Below are positions 25,213 to 33,028 of a stretch of 64,000 nt of DNA, piece after piece (within the stretch, counting starts at the first letter, position 1; each line of letters opens with the position of its first letter). The notes below the pieces were generated by a model that made no database searches, was not told the origin of the DNA, and worked only from the letters and a program-made list of their open reading frames with translations. Source of the DNA: a virus. Made by a program: the position numbers and the translations under genes. The stretch spans positions 1 to 64,000 of the IMG/VR virus record IMGVR_UViG_3300045988_143605; one strand, 5' to 3'.

Positions 25213-25597
25213 ATGACAAAAGAAGAAACTGAAAAGCGCATTGAGGTGATGTAGGATTACGTGGACGGGAAGGAAATCCAAGTAATATGTAGGGATATGA
25301 AAACATGGGAAGATGTGGTCGACCCAAACTGGGAATGGGGACATTTAGACTATCGTGTTAAACCAGCCCTAAGTTCCGACCATTTGATAATGTCGTGGAG
25401 TGCATCAACGAAATGAAAAAGCACATACCATTTGGTTGTGTAAAAGATGATTTCTTTTTTCCCCCATTGAAAAAGTTAGTTATGTATATGATGAATTTAT
25501 AAGATGTCTTGGAGTGTGGACTGCTCCAGATGAAATGTTTGAAAAATTCACATTCCTTGATGGTTCGCCATTTGGAATAAAAGAAGAGGAGGAATAA
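25213..25597 (+). pseudogene. disrupted small ORF (in-frame TAG plus two frameshifts)
   Basis: MTKEETEKRIEVM-TAG(25252)-DYVDGKEIQV...DYRVKPA. Protein-like sequence then continues in a second frame (RPFDNVVECINEMKKHIPFGCVKDD) and a third (IEKVSYVYDEFIRCLGVWTAPDEMFEKFTFLDGSPFGIKEEEE). The shifts fall at CCC 25367-25369 and T6 25455-25460. Confidence 0.5.
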
Positions 25598-25599
25598 CT

Positions 25600-26397
25600 A
25601 TGAATAAAAAAGCACAAGACGCGGTAAAGAAATACAATGATGCGTGCAATCTGCTCGCATCCATGGTCAATGAACAGCTCTTCGACGGTTGTCGCAAGTG
25701 GTATTGGATAGGCGATGAAGTAGGTGGAGTGTGTGATTTCGAGGAAACCGACGTGCTGAATCCGGAAGACATGGTTCGCATCATCGAGAATGGTATGTCC
25801 TACGATGAATACGCCGAGTGGCGCGATGCCAACCTCGACAACAACCGTTACATCAATCTCAAGTCGTGGCTCATGGGGCTGCGGCATGATATGCTGAAGG
25901 AAGAAGTTAAGGAGAATATGAAGCCAATCCTTGATTGTTGTTGTGGTTCTCGTATGTTTTATTTTGACAAGAAAGACCCGAATGTGTTGTTTGCAGACAT
26001 TAGAGAAGTGCATGAAGAACTTTGCGATGGCAGATTACTCGATGTGAATCCTGATGTCTTTGCCGACTGTACTAATATGCCGTTCACTGATGGGTCCTTT
26101 CGTGTGGTTGTCTTCGACCCTCCTCATTTAAAGAATGTTGGATTAAATTCTTGGCTCTGTAAGAAATATGGAATTTTACCAGATAATTGGCAAGAGTTTA
26201 TTAACGACTCTATACACGAGTGTATGAGAGTGTTGGCTGATTACGGTGTCTTGATATTCAAGTGGAACGAACAACAGATTAAGGTTAGTGAAATTCTTGG
26301 CGCAATAAAAGATTATAAACCTATTTTCGGACATCGCACAACATCAAAAAACGCCACTATATGGATGGCTTTTATGAAACATCCAAAATATAAATAA
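25600..26397 (+). CDS. SAM-dependent methyltransferase (DPPH motif)
   Basis: Motif I-like ILDCCCGSRMF and motif IV-like VVVFDPPH. DNA versus RNA target is unresolved. Confidence 0.6.
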   Translation: MNKKAQDAVKKYNDACNLLASMVNEQLFDGCRKWYWIGDEVGGVCDFEETDVLNPEDMVRIIENGMSYDEYAEWRDANLDNNRYINLKSWLMGLRHDMLKEEVKENMKPILDCCCGSRMFYFDKKDPNVLFADIREVHEELCDGRLLDVNPDVFADCTNMPFTDGSFRVVVFDPPHLKNVGLNSWLCKKYGILPDNWQEFINDSIHECMRVLADYGVLIFKWNEQQIKVSEILGAIKDYKPIFGHRTTSKNATIWMAFMKHPKYK

Positions 26398-26493
26398 ACT
26401 ATTAAATGTAGCTTCTTTTGAATAAATTATTGGATAATACAATTTGTTTCAAATTCATTGGTATTTTTCCTTGGCGAAAGAAATGATTTGAAA

Positions 26494-26527
26494 GCAGGGG
26501 TAGTCGTTGTGAAACGGCTGCTTTTTT
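26494..26527. terminator. bidirectional terminator between convergent genes
   Basis: GCAG...CGTT-GTGA-AACG...CTGC hairpin followed by T6. Lies between 25600..26397 (+) and terL (-). Confidence 0.5.
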
Positions 26528-26532
26528 GTTTT

Positions 26533-28527
26533 TTATCTTCCACTCGGCAGTACAAACCAACCGCCACCGCCACGGAAGAACTTGCAACCTAAGTACAGCG
26601 TATCGAAGGCATCCGTGAAGTCGGTACGTTGCTGTAGGGGTAGTGTGTCCTCGCTCTCGGGCTTCTTCTCCTGGCTCTTGTCTTTGTGAAATCCCTTGTA
26701 CGAAATCTGCACCTCGCACAGCTGCATGGCGATGATAAGGTCGGGATTGTTCACCTGGTTGATGCGAATGGCGGGGTAGGAGAGGTGAGCCAAGCCGTCG
26801 TTGATGATCTTGTGCTTTACCTCGTGCTTTTCTGGAGCACCCATATCAATGGCCGTCACGTTCCAGCCTCGCTTCTCCAACTCTGCAATCACGGTCATAT
26901 AGAATCGCTCGTCCGACGAAGCATACGAGGCGCCCTGCTTTGCCGTGGAATCATAGAAATACGTCAAGTCGCGGTTGATGGCCCGCTTCGGTGCGTAATA
27001 GTCGGAGAAATCGGCTATCACTTCACGCAGCTTGCGCTCGTTCTTCACATAGAAGCTCTTGATGACGTTCAGACATTCCATGCCGTCGCGCTCATACATC
27101 TGTCCGACCACCAACGTATTGATGTTGGCATTGTAATCCAAGGCTATATACAGAGGAAGAGAGTTGATGCAGTCGGAATCCATGCGTGAGTCGTTGCGCT
27201 CGCCCAATTCCTTGAAGTCGGGTTGATAGCTCTCGCTTGTAACTTTCCTTCCACCGATGATGCCCGACACCTTTTGCGTGGAAAATTTGGCAGTCGATAA
27301 AGGGTCTATTTCATCTGGGATATATCCGTGAACATGGTCGATGTCGAGGTTGGAGTAAAAACCGTCATTACTTTTCTGTATCTTTACATTCAGAATTGAC
27401 ACGGCGAAGGTATATGGCGGAAGATCTCGCTTCATCTGACGGATATAGTCTTCACCCAAAATATCCACATTGTCGAGCGATGACGCACGACGCACGCAGA
27501 AAGCCACACGGCGCAGCTCACGCAAATAGTCTTCAGAGAATTTCTTTGACCGCTGGAACATCTGCATCTCAAAATCCTCTTCCGGCGTGATAAGATACTC
27601 GTAATCGTAAATCAGTTCGGCATCGTCCTGCGGAATGAGTTTATAGTTGACAGCCATCTCCACCATACCCTTAGTGACGTGTTGGCCATGGTTGGGCATT
27701 ATCTTGAATTGTCCCTCATGCTTCATCATCTTCAGAGCCACGGCACGGATCATCGTGCGCAACTCCTTCGGCACCACACGCACCGAGTGGTTGGTCTTCT
27801 TGGCGTTATACAGCAGGTCGTTGTAGCGTATCACCTTGTTGGCGTAATCCTCCAACTGCTCCTGCACCCATCGGTAGGTATTGCCCTTGAATGGCCCCGT
27901 CTCAACGGTCATGTCCAACTTCTCCTCCTCCTTCTCCAACCACGAGCCTTTGGCAGTGAGCGAGGCATCCGAGAGGAAGCGTGTACTTTTATACATCGGG
28001 TTGTGGTCGGAGAAGTTGATGTCGCCCAACGGATGTGTCTGGCCTGAAAGAGCTGGCATCAACTCGTCCGTTACTTTCTTATAAGGAAAGAATCTCGCCT
28101 CGTCGCCTACCATGGCCGAGAACGTGTAAGAGTTGGCAGAGGCGGTCTGTGAGAGCGAGATAAGAACCCATCCGGCGCCATTGGCCAACCAGATGTAGTT
28201 GTCGTAGTTCTTAGGTTTGAAGATACTCTCGCGAGCATGTTTCGGCGGTCGTCCCCAACCGAAGTGAATGCCCTGCGTAAAACCGAACATACGTTCCATG
28301 GCAGCCATCGTACTCGGTATGGTCTTGCCGAAGCCCTGCTGACGCGACACAGCCACCCATGCGCCGAGCATACCAGGCATGGAGTTGCTTGCCGTCCAGA
28401 CGTAAGGAGCCACCAAACCATCGGTCTTACCCACACGGCGGGCAGCAATCACTCGCTCGTCTTTGGCTCCCATATATAGCGACTGCTGCTGAAACTTCGT
28501 TAAGTATATATTATGTGCTTGCTGCAT
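26533..28527 (-). CDS. terL: terminase large subunit
   Basis: Walker A AARRVGKTDG, Walker B-like AMVGDEA, and a C-terminal nuclease-like LYIALDYNANINT. 664 aa. Confidence 0.85.
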   Translation of the reverse strand: MQQAHNIYLTKFQQQSLYMGAKDERVIAARRVGKTDGLVAPYVWTASNSMPGMLGAWVAVSRQQGFGKTIPSTMAAMERMFGFTQGIHFGWGRPPKHARESIFKPKNYDNYIWLANGAGWVLISLSQTASANSYTFSAMVGDEARFFPYKKVTDELMPALSGQTHPLGDINFSDHNPMYKSTRFLSDASLTAKGSWLEKEEEKLDMTVETGPFKGNTYRWVQEQLEDYANKVIRYNDLLYNAKKTNHSVRVVPKELRTMIRAVALKMMKHEGQFKIMPNHGQHVTKGMVEMAVNYKLIPQDDAELIYDYEYLITPEEDFEMQMFQRSKKFSEDYLRELRRVAFCVRRASSLDNVDILGEDYIRQMKRDLPPYTFAVSILNVKIQKSNDGFYSNLDIDHVHGYIPDEIDPLSTAKFSTQKVSGIIGGRKVTSESYQPDFKELGERNDSRMDSDCINSLPLYIALDYNANINTLVVGQMYERDGMECLNVIKSFYVKNERKLREVIADFSDYYAPKRAINRDLTYFYDSTAKQGASYASSDERFYMTVIAELEKRGWNVTAIDMGAPEKHEVKHKIINDGLAHLSYPAIRINQVNNPDLIIAMQLCEVQISYKGFHKDKSQEKKPESEDTLPLQQRTDFTDAFDTLYLGCKFFRGGGGWFVLPSGR

Positions 28528-28529
28528 TG

Positions 28530-28757
28530 TTATTCTGATGTCTTATGTCCTACATGCCATTTGCTGCATGTCCTGCACCGATACACCGTCATGCCATGCG
28601 CTCGTAGCTTCGGGTTCTGTTTTAGATATTCCCAAGCATCATCCTCTGTCTCGTATGTCTCCTTCGCCTTCCAAGAGTGCTGTTTGCGTGTGTAGTGCTC
28701 AGAGTCCGGCTTAAATGGCGGAACCTTGTTGAAGTATTTATGTCTGTTGTTGCGCAT
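28530..28757 (-). CDS. small basic protein with CxxC (75 aa)
   Basis: YRCRTCSKWHVGH. Lies directly upstream of terL with a CA-rich leader. Confidence 0.45.
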   Translation of the reverse strand: MRNNRHKYFNKVPPFKPDSEHYTRKQHSWKAKETYETEDDAWEYLKQNPKLRAHGMTVYRCRTCSKWHVGHKTSE

Positions 28758-28802
28758 GTGTTGTTTTGTGTGGTTTTGTGTTTTCTGTTGTTCTGGCCCC
28801 CG

Positions 28803-29396
28803 TCAGTTAAACCATTTCACCGTTGTTTCGCCTTTATACCCCTTCTCCCACACGAACCATGCGTAAGCCGCTGCGCTGCTGCCGTACTTATCGAAGTCGC
28901 CATTCATAGCGCATTTCAGTCGTGATGAACTTACCCAAACACGAACGGGAGGGGTAGAGCGGAAGAGAGCGCGTCGAGCCTTGCCTTCGAGGAAAGTCAG
29001 CTTCAGAAACATCGCCACTTTCTTTCCTACGGGGATGATGCTGAGAGCCTTCTCCACAAACTGCTGCGCATATTTGTAGGGTGGATTGGTGACGATGTTA
29101 CCGTCCCATTCCAAATTGTCTATTGCGAGGAAGTCGGCCACTTCGCCGTACCCTCTATCCACAAGGTCGCGGCTTACCACCTCATACCCTGCTGCCTCCA
29201 ACATCCTACTCATGTGACCCTCGCCACACGAAGGCTCAAGAATCCTGCCCTCAAACCGTTCCAGTTTGCACAGCCATTCCGTCGCCTTCGGTTCTGTGGC
29301 ATAGTAATCCTCACGCTGTCTATCCGCGTCTGTATGGTTGCTTGCGCCTAACGTCTTGAACACAGCAGCAGAGCCGCCTACCCAGTCTTTAGCCAT
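28803..29396 (-). CDS. N6-adenine DNA methyltransferase
   Basis: Motif I EPSCGEGH and motif IV NPPY. Preceded by a perfect AAGGAGGT Shine-Dalgarno 5 nt from the ATG, which is unusual in this window. Confidence 0.8.
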   Translation of the reverse strand: MAKDWVGGSAAVFKTLGASNHTDADRQREDYYATEPKATEWLCKLERFEGRILEPSCGEGHMSRMLEAAGYEVVSRDLVDRGYGEVADFLAIDNLEWDGNIVTNPPYKYAQQFVEKALSIIPVGKKVAMFLKLTFLEGKARRALFRSTPPVRVWVSSSRLKCAMNGDFDKYGSSAAAYAWFVWEKGYKGETTVKWFN

Positions 29397-29452
29397 TGCG
29401 AACCTCCTTTTCGTTTAGTTTGTTGTTCTTATTGTGTATTGTTTTGTGTTAT

Positions 29453-30619
29453 TTATAATTCCTCCCCAAAGTCAAATTTCATCTGTTGGAACTTCTCTGC
29501 ATACCATTTTTTGTATGCTTTTCCCGAAATCCACCAGTCGTAGATATTCTCCGCTATTTCGTTTTCTTGCTCCTCTGTCAAGCGGTCAGAAGAGGAGCTG
29601 TCTGAAAACCCTCGTTCGGCAAGTTTCCATATTCCTCGGTTCTGTCTCCCATCCAATGTTTCTGGTCGGGATGCTTGATGTAGCCGCCTGCGTCCTGAGC
29701 AATCCTCTGACGGTTCTGAGAGGCATACAGTCCTTGCGGATGTTCCACCAGATATATTCTCTTTTGAATCCCCCCCCCCGTTTCGGATGGCTTTAATCGT
29801 TTTTATCCAGTTGCGCTTGATATGCGGATAGCGTTCATTCTCGATGCGCTTCTGCTTTGCAGACGACATTGGGCAGCCGATGCAGCCGATGCGATGCCAT
29901 CCCTCGTCGTAGAGCGAGCAATGCGGAACTTTCACTACGTTATTTAAGAACTCCCACACGTCCTTTTCCGTCCAATAGATAATGGGCGATATTAGCAGGC
30001 TCTCTTTGCCGTGGATGCAGCCTAACGTCTGTTCTTCATCAGCATTAGTGATATTCACGCCTTGCTCCTTAGATTTACGGCGAGCACGTTTAGCCTTCTG
30101 TTCCTGTCGGTATTCGTCCAGACCGTCAAGATTACCGCTAAACTTTCGGTTGTTTATCTCCACCTCGTTGCGCTTGGCTCTTCGAGAACTCTCTGCCTTG
30201 CGTATGCCGATTAGCGTCACCTTGCCAGCACCTGCCATTTCCTTATATTCAGTACAACACCAACGCACACGCTTAGTGGGCAGAATCTGCTTTTCTACGG
30301 CAATCTGAAAGATGGATTTGCCCGGCTTTATCAGTTCCACCTCGGGATAGTTCTTCTTTACGAAACGTATCACTTCGGGAGGATCAACGCTCGTAAGATT
30401 CATGTGACCGCGAAATTTCCCCTCAGCCAACTGAGTCATGTGGAAAAGAGCTTGAGAATCCTTTCCACCACTAAACGCCAAGTAATATCCGTTCTCGGCA
30501 TCATAGTTCAGAGCTATCTTCTCTGCTTTTTGCAGCAGCTCCACTGAGTGAAGCATTTTTTTTCGCAGTCTTTCCGAAGCTCGCTCCAATGCTTCGGCAA
30601 GTGTAATGTTTAACTCCAT
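29453..30619 (-). CDS. PAPS-reductase-family PP-loop protein (DndC/phage PAPS-reductase-like)
   Basis: PP-loop AFSGGKDSQ and Cys cluster HRIGCIGCP. Contains a G10 tract (plus-strand C10 at 29770-29779), after which ~54 codons look out of frame. Confidence 0.75.
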   Translation of the reverse strand: MELNITLAEALERASERLRKKMLHSVELLQKAEKIALNYDAENGYYLAFSGGKDSQALFHMTQLAEGKFRGHMNLTSVDPPEVIRFVKKNYPEVELIKPGKSIFQIAVEKQILPTKRVRWCCTEYKEMAGAGKVTLIGIRKAESSRRAKRNEVEINNRKFSGNLDGLDEYRQEQKAKRARRKSKEQGVNITNADEEQTLGCIHGKESLLISPIIYWTEKDVWEFLNNVVKVPHCSLYDEGWHRIGCIGCPMSSAKQKRIENERYPHIKRNWIKTIKAIRNGGGDSKENISGGTSARTVCLSEPSEDCSGRRRLHQASRPETLDGRQNRGIWKLAERGFSDSSSSDRLTEEQENEIAENIYDWWISGKAYKKWYAEKFQQMKFDFGEEL

Positions 30620-30737
30620 ATTTTTACTGTCTTTATATAGAACGTGTTAAGTAAATCGCGCTTTCATTAACACGTCGAGTGCGATATGTTAAGAATTTAG
30701 CGTTTCGTTAACATGATTTTTATGCTATATGCAAACG

Positions 30738-30807
30738 ATGCCTATTGTTGTATGTAAACAATGCCTATTACCTTCATAAGGTTATGCCTATTACCTACAG
30801 GCAATAG
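30738..30807. repeat. direct repeats ATGCCTATT(ACCT) x3 plus one inverted copy
   Basis: Copies at 30738-30746, 30761-30769 and 30784-30792, with an inverted AGGCAATAG at 30799-30807. Lies in the intergenic region between the TerS candidate and the PAPS-reductase gene. Confidence 0.5.
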
Positions 30808-30851
30808 ATACTTCTATTTGCATCATATAGATAATTCTATCTTGTTTCCGC

Positions 30852-31664
30852 TCATTCCTTCTCGTCCGTTGGCTTGCCTTCGTGCTGCATCGGCATTTCC
30901 TTACTATTGGATTCTTCATTCTTCCCCTTTCCCTTTTCACTTTCACCTTCCATATACTCGAAGTAGTCCGGCTCCTCCTCTCGCTTGTCGCTAAACATTT
31001 CCTCGTCCTCTATCTCCTGCAGGTCCTTGGTAGTAAGACCATACTTGCGAGCCATGCGTAGCTTCTCCTCCTCGGTGTAGTTGATGCGGTCGCGCTTTAC
31101 GATGCTCACGTCCTGCGTGATGGCGATGCGACTCATGTCCGGCATCTCGTCCGTAGCGTCCTTCTCCTCCTGGAAGTTGCCATACACATTAGCTAAGGCT
31201 TGCATACCCTTATCCACTGCACGATCGTTATTCTGCTGTTTGCCCGTGCGTATCAACCATTCGGCACTGCTCAGATACATCGCCTTGTGGCGCGGACTTT
31301 CGTCGGTCTGGAAGAAACGTATCAGATGGTTGCACACCAACACGTCGTTGTTGAGCTCCGTAACTGTACGCGGACAGATATTGCCCTCATCGTCGAGGGT
31401 AATCTTCAGCGCAAGCACATACTCCTGCGCATCCTTGTTGCCCTGTGCTGCCTGGTTGAAGAACATTTCATAGTCGCGTCGGGCAATATTACGGCACACC
31501 GTCCGAGGGTCGATGTCCTTGTTTTGCACCCATCGCTTGTAGAACTCCGAGCATATCTGCATACGGTAGCGTTGCTCCAGCTTCGGGAACGCCGTCTGCA
31601 TACTTGTGCCGTAGGATAGCCACTTGTCGATGCGAGTTAATGTATTTTGCGTAATTCCTGACAT
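30852..31664 (-). CDS. candidate terminase small subunit / DNA-binding packaging protein
   Basis: First gene of the minus-strand packaging block. Start moved to the internal MSGITQNTL so the promoter at 31685-31720 is upstream. Acidic C-terminus. Assignment is by position only. Confidence 0.35.
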   Translation of the reverse strand: MSGITQNTLTRIDKWLSYGTSMQTAFPKLEQRYRMQICSEFYKRWVQNKDIDPRTVCRNIARRDYEMFFNQAAQGNKDAQEYVLALKITLDDEGNICPRTVTELNNDVLVCNHLIRFFQTDESPRHKAMYLSSAEWLIRTGKQQNNDRAVDKGMQALANVYGNFQEEKDATDEMPDMSRIAITQDVSIVKRDRINYTEEEKLRMARKYGLTTKDLQEIEDEEMFSDKREEEPDYFEYMEGESEKGKGKNEESNSKEMPMQHEGKPTDEKE

Positions 31665-31684
31665 AGTGTTGTGTTTTATGTTGC

Positions 31685-31720
31685 CAAAGTTACGATATTT
31701 CCTGTCCCCCGTGCGGACAT
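31685..31720 (-). promoter_or_regulatory. late-class promoter ATGTCCGC-N20-TAacTTTG (minus strand)
   Basis: On the plus strand: CAAAGTTA at 31685-31692 and GCGGACAT at 31713-31720, with a gap of exactly 20 nt. Confidence 0.55.
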
Positions 31721-31743
31721 ACTCAACCTCCCCATACCCCACC

Positions 31744-31779
31744 ATGTCCGCATTGCGTAGCAGCTTATCAGTAACTTTG
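31744..31779 (+). promoter_or_regulatory. late-class promoter ATGTCCGC-N20-TAacTTTG
   Basis: ATGTCCGC at 31744-31751 and TAACTTTG at 31772-31779, gap 20 nt. Divergent from the minus-strand copy. Confidence 0.55.
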
Positions 31780-31821
31780 TTGTATAAAATTCAGGACAAC
31801 AACACAAAACACAACACAAAC

Positions 31822-32337
31822 ATGAACAATCCATTCTACGTTTCGCGAGCCATTGCCGCAGTGCTCGGCTTGCTGTGGGTTCACATAGAGCCCTCTATCA
31901 ATTTTATCACCGTGTGTTTCTTCGCCCTCATCATCGACTGCTACACGGCATGGAGGTGCAACCGTCGCATCTACCAACGATACCGTGAAGCCATCAAGCG
32001 CAACCCGAAGTGCAAGATGGACGGTAAGCTGCGCTCCAAGAAGATGGCAAAGATGGTGTGGACATTCTCGGTCTTAATCATGTGCATCTGCCTTGCCTCG
32101 TATCTCGACCGCAACATTCTCGGCTATATGAACACCCACCTCGCCAACCAACTCACGGCCATGTACTGCTTGGTGCAGTTTGTGAGCATACTGGAAAACG
32201 AGAGCACCTGCAACGGAGCAGCCTGGGCAAGAGTGCTTCAAAAGATTGTGGCAGATAAAACCGAGCGACACTTCAACGTAAAGTTGAAAGAGCTGATGAA
32301 GGATAAGGAGGAAGCGGACGAAGCCGCTAAAGAATAA
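31822..32337 (+). CDS. holin-like membrane protein
   Basis: Internal ATG of ORF 31624..32337, after a CA-rich leader. Three hydrophobic segments, the FVSILENES motif typical of a phage holin family, and a charged C-terminus. Confidence 0.5.
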   Translation: MNNPFYVSRAIAAVLGLLWVHIEPSINFITVCFFALIIDCYTAWRCNRRIYQRYREAIKRNPKCKMDGKLRSKKMAKMVWTFSVLIMCICLASYLDRNILGYMNTHLANQLTAMYCLVQFVSILENESTCNGAAWARVLQKIVADKTERHFNVKLKELMKDKEEADEAAKE

Positions 32338-32425
32338 ATATTAACATCGGATTTCACGGATTCCGCGAATTATTGAACGTTCGTGTAATTCGTGAAATTC
32401 GTAGTTCTTAAAGTTTAGCAGCATT

Positions 32426-33007
32426 ATGACAATAAGCAATATCCTTGAGCATTGGGCTTCCATCTACAAGCCCCTTTCTCATAACCCCGAGAGCGAACGC
32501 CTCGAAGACCAGAGTTTCTTCCGCATCCGCTACATCGACCTTGAGAACATTTTTTCCCGAAACGCCAACATTGTCCACTCGCCGTGTATGCTATACAGCG
32601 TACTGACCACCGGAGAACTCGTTGACGCAAAGAAGGTATCTGTCTCTCACCAGGTGTGGTTTCTCGCCAAGGTAAAGGACACACCGCAGACTCTTGGCCG
32701 TTACGACGGTAACAAGATAGAGCGCACGGCCAACGACCTCACCGACTACTGCAAGGACCTCATAGCCTGGCTTATCGAGGTGAAGCGCACAGGTCGCTGT
32801 CCCGTTACCCATCGCAGTTTTGCAGATGATGCCGTGGTGATGGCAGAGCTGCAAGGCATCTGCACCAGTTCAATCTCCTTCGGCATGGTGGGCGACATCT
32901 ATGCCGGACAATGGCTCGTCGTTGGCATGGATTGGAAGAGCCTGCAACCGCTCTACAACTTCGCGTGTGGCAGTAACGGCAAGTATATCGTGCCGAAAGA
33001 ACCCTAA
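32426..33007 (+). CDS. hypothetical structural-module protein (193 aa)
   Basis: ORF upstream of the tape measure gene. Confidence 0.5.
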   Translation: MTISNILEHWASIYKPLSHNPESERLEDQSFFRIRYIDLENIFSRNANIVHSPCMLYSVLTTGELVDAKKVSVSHQVWFLAKVKDTPQTLGRYDGNKIERTANDLTDYCKDLIAWLIEVKRTGRCPVTHRSFADDAVVMAELQGICTSSISFGMVGDIYAGQWLVVGMDWKSLQPLYNFACGSNGKYIVPKEP

Positions 33008-33028
33008 CCTTTTAATAATATATGCGAT

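Noticed and set aside
25252-25254. The in-frame TAG inside a protein-like reading frame might signal TAG stop-codon reassignment, as in some Bacteroidota phages.
   Set aside because: TAG is the apparent genuine stop of many well-delimited ORFs here (42628..43122, LysR, 52249..52902, YopX, portal, 62865..63899 and others). The only tRNA has anticodon CAT, not a suppressor. The same ORF also has two frameshifts, so a pseudogene or sequencing error is the simpler explanation.
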